From a virus (lineage: Duplodnaviria > Caudoviricetes): a stretch of 64,000 nucleotides of DNA. A model generated the notes under the pieces. The model had not been told where the DNA came from. It worked only from the letters and a program-made list of their open reading frames with translations, and did not search any database. Below, piece after piece: positions 1 to 9,870 of this stretch. The position numbers and the translations under genes are program-made. The stretch is from positions 60,303 through 124,302 of the IMG/VR virus record IMGVR_UViG_3300011423_000006. The stretch is one strand, 5' to 3'. Every line of letters starts with the position of its first letter. The first letter of the stretch is position 1.

Positions 1-1
1 A

Positions 2-250
2 GATAAAAAAGCCTTAGAGTTGGGCGGGAAACCAATGATGGGCGTTTTCTACTTTTCGCAAGCAGAAATGTTTAATGAGTTAGCTGATAAAGTATTCGAA
101 CGACAAATAACAACAAACAATGAATATTATCTATCTAGCGCCCTATCTCAAATGTTAATCGAAAACAAGCCGGTTTTTGCATTTAAAGCTAATAAAATTA
201 TTCCTTTGGGGACTCCCGAGGATATAATAAAGTATGCGGGTTTGTCTTGA
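2..250 (+). CDS. sugar nucleotidyltransferase-like protein, C-terminal part (truncated by window start)
   Basis: Frame is open from base 2; NNEYYLS and LGTPED motifs typical of NTP-transferase/dTDP-glucose pyrophosphorylase-like C-termini. Confidence 0.7.
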   Translation, partial: DKKALELGGKPMMGVFYFSQAEMFNELADKVFERQITTNNEYYLSSALSQMLIENKPVFAFKANKIIPLGTPEDIIKYAGLS

Positions 251-563
251 TTTAGATGGAACAATTTGTTATAATAAACAAATAAATCAAAAATATGAAG
301 ATGTTTTGCCCATTGAAGGCGCGGTAGAGAAAATTAGACAATGGAAAAAGGACGGGCATGAGATAATTATTTATACGGCTCGTAACATGGCGACATGTAA
401 TAATAGTTTAGGCAAAATTATTAAGAATCAATCTTCGATAATTACCGATTGGTTGAATTATTACGGGATTCCATTTGATGAGTTATGGTTCGGGAAGCCG
501 TTAGCAGATATTTATATTGACGATAAAGCTTTAAAATTTGAAAATTGGAATATTAATTTATGA
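234..563 (+). CDS. HAD-family capsule-biosynthesis-type phosphatase (EcbF/BcbF-like)
   Basis: DLDGT motif I, IYTAR, GKPLADIYIDDKA motifs III/IV. Confidence 0.85.
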   Translation: MRVCLDLDGTICYNKQINQKYEDVLPIEGAVEKIRQWKKDGHEIIIYTARNMATCNNSLGKIIKNQSSIITDWLNYYGIPFDELWFGKPLADIYIDDKALKFENWNINL

Positions 564-1324
564 ATACGTTTTTTATTGATTCAGCAAATGTTAATTTTAT
601 TAATCGAATTTGTGATAATGTTAAAACCCACCTTCCTTTAAACAAGGTTTTGGCTGGATTTACCACTAATCCTAAAATTTTGGATCGAGAGGGTGTGACG
701 GGTATATTTTTAAAAGACAAAATACGTGAGCTTTTAGATTTGTTAGAAAGCTTGCGCGGCGACAAAGAAGGCAAGGTTTATGTCCAAATTCCTTATAGTT
801 ATATGCCTTTAGATGAAATGACAAATTGGATATTAGATTTATTCGGGTCTATGGGAGCTAATCCCCAACTAGGAATTAAATTGCCGCCAGATACAGATAT
901 TATTAATGCGGCAGGGTCATTACACGGTAAAATATCTTTGAACATTACTGGAGTTACTTCTTGGGAACAAGTTGAATTAGTAGAAAACAATTATATTTTA
1001 GTTGATTATATTAGTTTTCTTTTCGGTCGAATGGAAGCTTTGGGAATTAACGCGGAAAAACAAATTTTAAAAAGTCAAAAATATCTTGCTGCGGCTAAAT
1101 TATTAGCAGGAAGTTTGCGTGATTTAAATGGGCTGGAACGTTCTTTTGATTTAAATATGGTTCCGACAATAGGAACAACAGCTTGGGATTCGGTAGAAAA
1201 AGAGGGATTAGATAAATTTATTAGTTTGTTAGACGATGTACCACAAATTGCCAAGGATTTGTCAAATTCGTTTTTCGAAGAAATGGATGGGCTTGCTGGA
1301 AAAAACGGGTTAGCGAAAATATGA
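560..1324 (+). CDS. transaldolase / fructose-6-phosphate aldolase family protein
   Basis: FIDSAN, GFTTNP, Schiff-base Lys in GIKLP, LNITGV, LLAGSLR. Confidence 0.8.
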   Translation: MNTFFIDSANVNFINRICDNVKTHLPLNKVLAGFTTNPKILDREGVTGIFLKDKIRELLDLLESLRGDKEGKVYVQIPYSYMPLDEMTNWILDLFGSMGANPQLGIKLPPDTDIINAAGSLHGKISLNITGVTSWEQVELVENNYILVDYISFLFGRMEALGINAEKQILKSQKYLAAAKLLAGSLRDLNGLERSFDLNMVPTIGTTAWDSVEKEGLDKFISLLDDVPQIAKDLSNSFFEEMDGLAGKNGLAKI

Positions 1325-2178
1325 AATTTAAGATAATTGGTAGCCATGATCATGCTATGTCCGGGGTGCCTCAAATCATTGAGGCCCTAAAAAAATTAGG
1401 GCATGAAATTGTGGATTCGGACGCTGACGTTCTTTATCATCCTACAGGATTTTTCGAGGATTTGTTTGAAGCAGTCCCGGCAAATCCCAGAGCTTTAAAA
1501 GTTGGATGTTTATTAGATGCCAATCCTCTGAACCCCGATTGGCCCGAAGAAAAAGTTGCATTACAATTATCAAACTTGGATATAGCTTTAACTATTTCGG
1601 AAACGGCTCGTCAACAAATTTTAAAAAGAACGGGACAAGATACTAAAGTTGTTTATTATCCTATTAAACCGATTGTTTCAAAAAATTATATGCGCGGGGT
1701 AGATTTTCTAACAGTAGGTAGAATTTATTCTGAAAACAAGAGATTTAATTTAGTCGATGCATTTTTAAAAGCAGTTTCCTTTAATAGAGATTTACTTATT
1801 GTGGCTGGCCCAGAAAAACCTCCTTTTGGGTATTATACAGGATTATTACCAACTGAAACTTTAAATGAACTATATAATAGCGCAAAATATTTGTTATTTT
1901 TTAGTTCCCATGAGGGGTTAGGTTTAAGCGCGATTGAAGCTATTGTTGCCGGATGTACACCAATTTTATGCTCTGATAATGAATGCGTCAAAGAATTAGG
2001 ACTAGAAGATTTTTCTGCCGATCCTAATCCAATTAGTTTAGCCAGCAAATTAAAAGAAATGGAAGAAAATCGTTCTGTATTTTTAGAAAAAATAAATATA
2101 TTACGGGGGAAATTTTTAGCTCAATTTAGCGCGGAAGCTGTTGCTAAAAACATTTTAGATGCTATTTTAAATAAATGA
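1321..2178 (+). CDS. glycosyltransferase family 4 (GT-B)
   Basis: VGRIYSENKR and SSHEGLGLSAIEA (E-x7-E) motifs. Confidence 0.85.
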   Translation: MKFKIIGSHDHAMSGVPQIIEALKKLGHEIVDSDADVLYHPTGFFEDLFEAVPANPRALKVGCLLDANPLNPDWPEEKVALQLSNLDIALTISETARQQILKRTGQDTKVVYYPIKPIVSKNYMRGVDFLTVGRIYSENKRFNLVDAFLKAVSFNRDLLIVAGPEKPPFGYYTGLLPTETLNELYNSAKYLLFFSSHEGLGLSAIEAIVAGCTPILCSDNECVKELGLEDFSADPNPISLASKLKEMEENRSVFLEKINILRGKFLAQFSAEAVAKNILDAILNK

Positions 2179-3131
2179 ACCATGTTGCATTAATTGGTTT
2201 CGGGTATTTTGGGCCTAATATTTTTCGAGTCTTGACTCAATTCGAAGAAATTAAAACCATTACTGTTTGCGATATATCGGCGGACAATTTAAAGAAAATC
2301 CCCAAGGTTCATGATAATATTACATTAGTTATCACTCAAGATTATAATATTGTTCTTGGCGACTCAGAAATTAAAACTGTTTTTATTGCAACTCCGGGGA
2401 ACACTCATTTTGATTTAACAAAAAAAGCTCTAGAGAAAGGAAAAAATGTTTTTGTAGAAAAGCCCATTGCTTTTACGGTAAATGAAGTAGAAGAATTGAT
2501 TCAAATAGCTGGCCAGCAGGGGTTATTATTACATGTAGATCATACTTTTGTTTATTCTTCAGAAATAAATTTTTTAAAACAATGTTTACAATTTGATGTA
2601 TTGGGCGAACCGATATCATATCGTTCGATAAGGGCGAATTTAGGGCCTTTTTTAAATAATATTGATGTTATTTATGATTTAGCGGTTCATGATTTAGCGG
2701 TAATTCGATACTTATTTCCCACTAAAACTATCCAAAAAGTATCAGCGGTCGCCCATCGTAATATATGTTCTAAATATGATGACGCGGATATTAATTTGTT
2801 TGGGGTAAATTTTAGTGCCCATATCCATGTTAGCTGGTTTTACCCCAAAAAAGTCCGTGAAATTATAACGGGAGGAACAAAGGCGATGTTTCATCATGAT
2901 AGTGCGACAGTTTTACCGCCGCGCATTGTGGATTTAAAAGGCAAAATTTTAACTTACGAACATATAACAAATTTAGGCGAACCTTTGTATGTAGAGATTA
3001 ATCATTTTTTTGAATGTCTAAAAAACGATAAAAAAACTTTATCTACGGGCACAGATGCTTCTTATGTTGTAGAAATTTTAGAAGCTATACATAAAAGTAT
3101 TGAAAAATCAGGAGAAACCGTTTATATTTAA
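2175..3131 (+). CDS. Gfo/Idh/MocA family oxidoreductase (sugar dehydrogenase)
   Basis: IGFGYFG Rossmann motif, IATP, VEKP, DLAVHD. Confidence 0.9.
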   Translation: MNHVALIGFGYFGPNIFRVLTQFEEIKTITVCDISADNLKKIPKVHDNITLVITQDYNIVLGDSEIKTVFIATPGNTHFDLTKKALEKGKNVFVEKPIAFTVNEVEELIQIAGQQGLLLHVDHTFVYSSEINFLKQCLQFDVLGEPISYRSIRANLGPFLNNIDVIYDLAVHDLAVIRYLFPTKTIQKVSAVAHRNICSKYDDADINLFGVNFSAHIHVSWFYPKKVREIITGGTKAMFHHDSATVLPPRIVDLKGKILTYEHITNLGEPLYVEINHFFECLKNDKKTLSTGTDASYVVEILEAIHKSIEKSGETVYI

Positions 3132-3134
3132 ATT

Positions 3135-3914
3135 ATGAAAATTGGTTTAGTGCTTGCCGTTTATAACGCGATGGATTATTTGCAAGAATGTCTTGATCCT
3201 TGGATTGAATTTCCATGTGTCGAAATTGCATGTGTTCATTGTTGTTTTAAAGAAAATCATGAAAACCAAGAACCGATTGAGTCTGCGGATAAAACTCACG
3301 AATTTCTTCAAATTTACCAAAAGAAAAATTTTATTCAATATTTTGAATTTTTAGAAAAATCGGCTTTTGAACACGAAGCTCGTAATTATGCCGTTAAACA
3401 TCTTTTAGAACAAAGCGTGGATTTTATTTGGACTATTGGAGCAGATGAAATTTATACTATCGAGCAAATTCATTCTATTATAAAATATCTTGAAAAAGAT
3501 GAATTTACTTCTTGGTTTTCAATTTATCATAAAAATTTTACTTTCGATAATAAAATATGGATAGATGGATTTTGCCCTCCCAGAATTTTTCGAGTAAATA
3601 CCCCTAGTTTTAAATTAAAAGAGTTTTTTTGGGACGATGATATTCATTATACATGTAAAACTACTAATGCTTTATCTAGTTACCGGCATTTCCCGACAAA
3701 AAACATTCCTAAAAATATTGCATTAATTAATCATTATACTTGGCTTTCTAATGAAAGAAGCCGTAAAAAAGTAGAATATCAGGCAAAACATTTTGCCCCG
3801 CCCCGAGGGGCAGGTTGTTCATTTCGATGGAATTATGAACAAAATAAGTTAGAATTTAATTTAGATTATTATAATAAAGTAGGGCAAAGTTTGCCAGAAC
3901 TAAACTATGAATAA
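3135..3914 (+). CDS. glycosyltransferase family 2
   Basis: AVYNAMDYLQECL start, ARN and GADE (DxD-like) motifs. Confidence 0.75.
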   Translation: MKIGLVLAVYNAMDYLQECLDPWIEFPCVEIACVHCCFKENHENQEPIESADKTHEFLQIYQKKNFIQYFEFLEKSAFEHEARNYAVKHLLEQSVDFIWTIGADEIYTIEQIHSIIKYLEKDEFTSWFSIYHKNFTFDNKIWIDGFCPPRIFRVNTPSFKLKEFFWDDDIHYTCKTTNALSSYRHFPTKNIPKNIALINHYTWLSNERSRKKVEYQAKHFAPPRGAGCSFRWNYEQNKLEFNLDYYNKVGQSLPELNYE

Positions 3915-4914
3915 GAAAAAAGTTTTGATTACAGGAATCGCGGGGATGATAGGGGCTAATTTTGCCATTTATCTAATTAAAAAAGGATATGAAGTTATTG
4001 GCATAGATGATTTATCGGGCGGATATCAAGAAAATATTCCATTTGGAGTTAAACAGTTTTATCGAGCAAATTGTAGTGATTCTATTATTTACAATATCAT
4101 TTCAACTCATCGTCCTGATTATGTTTATCATTTTGCCGCTTATGCCGCTGAAGGATTAAGCCCTTATATTCGCAAATATAATTATGAAAATAACGTTGTG
4201 GCATCTGCTAATGTTATTAGCGCGTGTATCGAAAACGATGTTAAGAAAATTATTTTTACAAGTTCGATGGCTGTATATGGTCATACAGAGCCTCCTTTTA
4301 AGGAAATAGACCCTCCAAATCCAGCCGATCCTTATGGAATTGCTAAATACACGATTGAATTGGATTTAGCGTTAGCCAAGGAGCAATTTGGGCTTGATTA
4401 TTCTATTGTGCGACCCCACAATGTTATTGGAATTTATCAGAACATTTGGGATAGATATCGAAATGTTATTGGAATTTGGATTCGTCAGATTTTGAATAAT
4501 GAGCCTCTTACAATTTATGGAGATGGGACACAGACACGAGCTTTTTCTGACGTAGATTATATTATGTCGCCCTTGGAAAAATTAATGGCTTCCACTTCTG
4601 AAATTAATAATCATCATGTTTTCAATATTGGGGCTGATTTTGAATGCGAGATAAATTACGCCGCAACAACTTTATTAAAAATAGCCGAACAAAATGGTTA
4701 TACTGGAAGTATTAAACATTTGGAAGCGAGAAATGAAGTAAAACATGCGTTTTGCGACCATAGTTTAGCAAAAGATATATTAGGATTCGAAGATAAAACT
4801 CAACTAGATTTATTAATTCAAAAAATGTTTATTTGGGCTAAAGACCAGCCAAATCGTGAAATTAAAAAAATGAATTATGAAATTACGAAGAACATGTATT
4901 CGTTTTGGAGATAA
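3907..4914 (+). CDS. NAD-dependent sugar epimerase/dehydratase
   Basis: TGIAGMIG, TSSMAVYG, YGIAK (YxxxK), IYGDGTQTRAF. Confidence 0.92.
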   Translation: MNKKKVLITGIAGMIGANFAIYLIKKGYEVIGIDDLSGGYQENIPFGVKQFYRANCSDSIIYNIISTHRPDYVYHFAAYAAEGLSPYIRKYNYENNVVASANVISACIENDVKKIIFTSSMAVYGHTEPPFKEIDPPNPADPYGIAKYTIELDLALAKEQFGLDYSIVRPHNVIGIYQNIWDRYRNVIGIWIRQILNNEPLTIYGDGTQTRAFSDVDYIMSPLEKLMASTSEINNHHVFNIGADFECEINYAATTLLKIAEQNGYTGSIKHLEARNEVKHAFCDHSLAKDILGFEDKTQLDLLIQKMFIWAKDQPNREIKKMNYEITKNMYSFWR

Positions 4915-5696
4915 TGAACTTAGAATTATTAGCTAAAATTAAGCAAGACGTATTAAGCATTCCCTACGAGAAAAAACTTTTCTCTGAGGAATACGCCGGG
5001 GTCTATCTTCATTCTAATAGTCCTTTTAAACTAGAAGATCATGAGGCGTCTTTTCATTCTTTCCGGGTGTTTAGTCATTATGATTATCCAATTTATTTAT
5101 TTATTGATTCGGAGTCTTATACTTTGGATGTAGTTAAATTAAAGGAAAAATATGATCATATTCACGTTCTGTTTATTAATAAGCTTAATAGCGTTGTGGA
5201 ATTTAATTATTTCAGTATATATAATTTGCCGCATCTTATTCCTGCGGAACAACTCATCTACTTCCAATATGATGGATTTCTTATCAAAGGAGGATGGGAA
5301 GAACGAACCATAGGGCTTGATTGGTTGGGGGCCAAATGGAAGTCTCCGGTCAAAGTAATAGAAAATACTTTAAATTATTCCGCCATCCGAATAGGTAATG
5401 GGGGCTGCAATTTTAGACGCAAATCTAAAATGCTAGAAGTTCTAAAATTTGTCGATAAACATGGGGGACAAGGCAATATTGTAAAAGGAATAGAGATTGA
5501 TGGGCGAGTAGCTAATCAAGGGTCTTTTTTAGCAGAGGATTTGTTTTTTTGTTATTTTGGTTTTGGTTCAAAAATATTTAATACCGTCCCCGAATATGAA
5601 AAATATGTTGATCATTTTGCGCTTGAACCGATTACTTGGGAACAATATAATTTAAATCCTAAGCCCTGCCATTTATTTCATAGAATAGATGAATAA
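4914..5696 (+). CDS. DUF5672-like (GT-A-related) protein
   Basis: FQYDGFL, WLGAKW, GNGGCNFR, AEDLFF; ATG at 4914 overlaps the upstream stop (TAATG). Confidence 0.7.
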   Translation: MNLELLAKIKQDVLSIPYEKKLFSEEYAGVYLHSNSPFKLEDHEASFHSFRVFSHYDYPIYLFIDSESYTLDVVKLKEKYDHIHVLFINKLNSVVEFNYFSIYNLPHLIPAEQLIYFQYDGFLIKGGWEERTIGLDWLGAKWKSPVKVIENTLNYSAIRIGNGGCNFRRKSKMLEVLKFVDKHGGQGNIVKGIEIDGRVANQGSFLAEDLFFCYFGFGSKIFNTVPEYEKYVDHFALEPITWEQYNLNPKPCHLFHRIDE

Positions 5697-6573
5697 TTTA
5701 AAAATAGCTAACTGCTTGCGCCCAAGTATGTTGGGAGATATTATAGGTTCATTACCGTTTTTAACTTATTTGGAAAAAATACGTCCCGGTAGTTATAAAA
5801 TGGTTTATATTGATAAAAAATGCGCTCATATCGCTCCTTTTCTTTTAAATCATCCTTTAATTGATAAGATTTATATTTCCGAAGATTCCGATAAGGTGAG
5901 TGAGAAAGATGCGGAGTATTGCAAAAAATTCGATATGGTGTTTGAGCCATTCGTCTCGGTCTATTTCCAAGATTGGTTTAATACAATTCATATTACCGAA
6001 TCTTTGTTTCGCTTAAACTTTTTATGTGGTTCGGGATATATTGATCCGAAAGAATGGGATAGATTAACGGAAGAAGAAAAATGTCCTAAATTATATCAGT
6101 GGTTTGAACCCATCGAATATTGGAGGAAAACTATAGCTATTTGGCCATTCTCGGGATATGCCAATTCGGACGCAAGCATTCAATTACGTTCGCCAAGTTT
6201 AGAATGGTGGGAGAAAATGGTTGAATTATTATATGAAGCTGGTTTTGATGTTAATCAATACGGTCATCCTGAAAGTCCTTTAATTGGAGACGGAAAAACT
6301 GTAGATGATTTTCGTGATATGTCTTTATTTGACGCGATTAAAGATTCGCTCGCCTGTGATTTATCAATTACTACAGACTCGGGAAGTTCTTGGTTGCTAA
6401 ATGCTTATGGGCATGAAAATATTTGTCTTTATACTAATTATAAAGAGGGACATGTTACTAACGTAGACGCTTATGTTCCAAAAAATTGGAAAAATAACTT
6501 GATTTCTATCTACGGGAAGGATAATATTAATAATATCAAACAAGAGGAAGTCTTGGAAAGTATTAAAAGATAA
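5689..6573 (+). CDS. glycosyltransferase family 9 (heptosyltransferase-like)
   Basis: SMLGDII, LLNHPLIDKI and ITTDSGSSWL motifs. Confidence 0.8.
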   Translation: MNNLKIANCLRPSMLGDIIGSLPFLTYLEKIRPGSYKMVYIDKKCAHIAPFLLNHPLIDKIYISEDSDKVSEKDAEYCKKFDMVFEPFVSVYFQDWFNTIHITESLFRLNFLCGSGYIDPKEWDRLTEEEKCPKLYQWFEPIEYWRKTIAIWPFSGYANSDASIQLRSPSLEWWEKMVELLYEAGFDVNQYGHPESPLIGDGKTVDDFRDMSLFDAIKDSLACDLSITTDSGSSWLLNAYGHENICLYTNYKEGHVTNVDAYVPKNWKNNLISIYGKDNINNIKQEEVLESIKR

Positions 6574-7130
6574 TGATTTATTTAAACGGTTATAAAATTT
6601 TTAAAGAAGGAAAGGGAAATCGCGACCCCATTTTCCTAGAAGCTTTATCTTTACTGGAGGGAAAGCCAGCGAATATCCTTGAAATAGGAGCGATGCGAGA
6701 TGTAAACGGACGGGCGGGCGATGGGTTTTCTACTTTCTTCTTTGCTGAATACATTAAACAATATGGGGGCCATATTACTGTTTGTGATATTTCTAAAAAT
6801 GGATTGGATAATTGTAGACAAATTTTAGGCGAGTATTTAGATAATACTCAAATTACTTATCATCTTGGCCCCGGCTTGAATCATTTAACTAATACTTCGG
6901 AAATTTATAATTTAACTTTACTTGACGGTTCTGATGATCCAAATGAAATGTTAGCAGAATACGAAGCTTGCAAGTCTCGTTTTATTCTTTGTGACGACTT
7001 TTCAACTAAAGGATTTTTACTCAGACAAAAATATCCTGATTTTAAACTTTACAAGTGGCATCATGCGGGGCATGAATGCGCGTTATATGGAGTCCCCAAA
7101 GAAACAGTTTTTTTACCAAATTTATTATAA
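6573..7130 (+). CDS. class I SAM-dependent methyltransferase
   Basis: ILEIGA motif I, TVCDIS, LLDG, LCDD. Confidence 0.7.
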   Translation: MIYLNGYKIFKEGKGNRDPIFLEALSLLEGKPANILEIGAMRDVNGRAGDGFSTFFFAEYIKQYGGHITVCDISKNGLDNCRQILGEYLDNTQITYHLGPGLNHLTNTSEIYNLTLLDGSDDPNEMLAEYEACKSRFILCDDFSTKGFLLRQKYPDFKLYKWHHAGHECALYGVPKETVFLPNLL

Positions 7131-7136
7131 ATAATT

Positions 7137-7763
7137 ATGTCAGCATTACGAGATATACAAACGTTACCTTGGATTCATAAACATGGAACTAAGATTTTCT
7201 TTGAAACCGGGACTGGATTAGGAAGCGGCTTAATGAGGATGTTACAACCCGAATATGGGTTTAACATGCTTTTGTCCGTAGAAATAGACAAGGAATTGGC
7301 CGCGCATAGCCACAAAACTTTTTCTTTTGATAATCGTATTCAAATTTTTAATACCACTGGCATTCAGGCGTTAGAACAAATTCTTCCGCAATTACCTGTG
7401 CATGTGCCTATTTTCTTTTGGATCGATAGTCATTTTTCTAATTCAGATTATAATTTGGGCGACAAACCTTTGGTGCCTCATGATACCGATGCGCCCGAAA
7501 TCAGGCTTCCGGCATTCAAAGAAATGGAATTAATTAAAAACATTAGGACGAATCGCGGGGCCAAGGATTTTATTTTGTTAGATGATGCGATGTTATACGA
7601 TGAATTAGATCGATACGAAGATAGAGTAGAACGTTTGGGGCTTAATGCCGTTCCGCCCGAATATAGGAAGTTGTTGCCGAAAATTATCAATTTATTTCAA
7701 GATAGCCATAAAGCTCAAGTTATTACTATGTCTCAAGGGTTTTTAGCTTTACATCCAAAATGA
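7137..7763 (+). CDS. class I SAM-dependent methyltransferase-like protein
   Basis: FFETGTGLG, SVEID, FWIDSH, ILLDD. Confidence 0.7.
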   Translation: MSALRDIQTLPWIHKHGTKIFFETGTGLGSGLMRMLQPEYGFNMLLSVEIDKELAAHSHKTFSFDNRIQIFNTTGIQALEQILPQLPVHVPIFFWIDSHFSNSDYNLGDKPLVPHDTDAPEIRLPAFKEMELIKNIRTNRGAKDFILLDDAMLYDELDRYEDRVERLGLNAVPPEYRKLLPKIINLFQDSHKAQVITMSQGFLALHPK

Positions 7764-8371
7764 ATTCAAAGTTTAAATTAGGAAGTATTGAACTTCCGTA
7801 TTGTTACCACGAACATAATTCAAGTTTTCGAAACGAAAGGAAAGTTGAAGTTCCTTTAGGGGCGTATTTTCTTGATAAATTTAATAATGATGTTTTCGAA
7901 GTGGGTTGCGTTATGCCTCATTACGGGCGCGGCGAACATACAATTATTGATTTAACTGATAATCATCCTAGAAATATTAAAGCTAACGCTCTCCATTGGG
8001 ATTATACCGGGAAAAATGTTTTGTCTATTTCAACAATAGAACATTTCATGACGCGGGAATATGGCAATGGTTCAAACGAAGATAGTATTACTTGTTTAAG
8101 TAAAATTGTTACAGAAGCGAAAAATTATTTAATTACTTTTCCCACTTGTTATAATGAGTTTTTGCATCAACATATGAAAAGCAATGCCTTTATTCCAAGG
8201 GTTATGCTAAAACGTATTAATCAAAACGAAAATGAATGGGAACAGTATTTTGATTTTGATAATGTAGATATTGAATTCGGACATTGGGACGGGAGAAACC
8301 CCGATGGAAAGTTTAATAATGCAAACGCGGAATTTATCGTGACAAATTTACCGGAGTTGTTGATAAGGTAA
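7760..8371 (+). CDS. methyltransferase-like hypothetical protein
   Basis: RNERKVE, VFEVG, SISTIEH, LITFP resemble a class I methyltransferase core. Confidence 0.45.
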   Translation: MNSKFKLGSIELPYCYHEHNSSFRNERKVEVPLGAYFLDKFNNDVFEVGCVMPHYGRGEHTIIDLTDNHPRNIKANALHWDYTGKNVLSISTIEHFMTREYGNGSNEDSITCLSKIVTEAKNYLITFPTCYNEFLHQHMKSNAFIPRVMLKRINQNENEWEQYFDFDNVDIEFGHWDGRNPDGKFNNANAEFIVTNLPELLIR

Positions 8372-8380
8372 AGGATTTTA

Positions 8381-9340
8381 ATGAATAAACTGTGGCTAAC
8401 TTTAATTACACAAAATCGAGAACAAGACATTGATGAATTAACGAAAGAAACTTTTGATTTTTTTGATGGGATTGTAGGAGTTGTGAATCAGCCTTCCGAT
8501 GATAAAACATACGATATTCTTAATGAACGGAAAAAGGCGGGGCAAATTATTAAACGCCCCTTTGTTAAGCATCACGGATTTTTAATGAACGAGTTTCTTT
8601 TCTCGGGTGTGATTAAAAATTTAGATTGGTTTTTAATATTAGACAGTTCTGATCGTATTAATTTAGGTTGGTTAAAAGATTTAAGGCGTAGTATTAATTA
8701 TTATGAACAAAATAATATAGGAGCGGTTTTTTTAGATAGAGTATATTTAGCTCGTTATATTGATTCAATGGAGTTTCATGGTGGTGTTCATTGGGGTTTA
8801 AGTCCATTCTTGGGCCAAGTTATAAATTTTTCCGCACAACCCGGTTACAATAAAGAAAACTATATTATTAATACAAGAGGAAAAGATAAGGATAGTATTG
8901 AGCGTTCTGGAATTCGTCATCCAATTAAATACTATTTAGAATATGGGGCGAATAGCCATACTCAACTTTTATACCAACAATTTGGTAATGATGTTTGGCA
9001 AAAACATGAAAATTCACGAATGCAATTTCGGATTTATTGCGAGAGCGTGTTAGGATTTGAATGTACGGTAAATAATTTAATTGATTATATCAAAACTGGA
9101 ATTTTAAACAAAACCCTTCCAAATGAAGTCACTGAATTTATTGAAACAGAAGTATCGATGCAGGATTTAGTAAGATATTATATATTAAAACATAATTTTT
9201 TAGGAGAAATAGCAGTTAATCGTTTTAATTGGTCTTTTAAGAAATTTTATTATCAAGGGGCCGAACATCAAAATAAAAATGATGGGTTTGTTGGATTATT
9301 TAATCAATATAGACTTGCTCAAGGAAAGGAAATGGAATGA
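8381..9340 (+). CDS. GT-A/GT2-like glycosyltransferase
   Basis: TQNRE, SDDKTYDIL, DWFLILDSSD, FHGGVH. Confidence 0.6.
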   Translation: MNKLWLTLITQNREQDIDELTKETFDFFDGIVGVVNQPSDDKTYDILNERKKAGQIIKRPFVKHHGFLMNEFLFSGVIKNLDWFLILDSSDRINLGWLKDLRRSINYYEQNNIGAVFLDRVYLARYIDSMEFHGGVHWGLSPFLGQVINFSAQPGYNKENYIINTRGKDKDSIERSGIRHPIKYYLEYGANSHTQLLYQQFGNDVWQKHENSRMQFRIYCESVLGFECTVNNLIDYIKTGILNKTLPNEVTEFIETEVSMQDLVRYYILKHNFLGEIAVNRFNWSFKKFYYQGAEHQNKNDGFVGLFNQYRLAQGKEME

Positions 9341-9870
9341 ACGGACATAAAATACGAAGCGAAGGATATTATGCTTTTGAATTTGGAAAAAGTTTTGCCG
9401 AGGCGAATCCTTATAAAACAGTAGAAATGAGGGGCGATGCAAATGTTTTATCTTTACAAGTAGAGGCGATTCAATTTTTTAATGGATGGGAATCTAGACG
9501 AAAAGAAGTTTCGGGGCTCAGTGGATATTCTTTGTTTTTAGATGATTTTCGATTTCCAGATTGGGTTAGTTGGGTGCCGTTGGATTTAGAACAAAATTGG
9601 GTAATTGCGACTCATTTTTACGAGTTTATTGAAATCATTGTAAAATGTGGATTGCCTAGATTAATTAGTTTTGATTACGATTTAGATCGTCATAATTTAC
9701 CGGTGACTCATTTACCTTATGGTAATGGATTAGATTGCGCGAAATGGTTGATTGATTATTGTGAAAGAAACGAGAAAAAATTTCCTGATTATGTCATTCA
9801 TTCTTCTAATCCAGAAGGAAAAAAGGCAATTCAAGAATTAATTTGGAATTTTAAAAATAAACAACAATGA
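9337..9870 (+). CDS. Rmf-like N-terminal segment fused to a cyclic-phosphate-processing receiver (cREC)-like domain
   Basis: LFLDDFR, ISFDYDL, GLDCAKWL, IHSSNPEG; N-terminal GY-x-A-x3-G...NPY...GW pattern. Confidence 0.7.
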   Translation: MNGHKIRSEGYYAFEFGKSFAEANPYKTVEMRGDANVLSLQVEAIQFFNGWESRRKEVSGLSGYSLFLDDFRFPDWVSWVPLDLEQNWVIATHFYEFIEIIVKCGLPRLISFDYDLDRHNLPVTHLPYGNGLDCAKWLIDYCERNEKKFPDYVIHSSNPEGKKAIQELIWNFKNKQQ

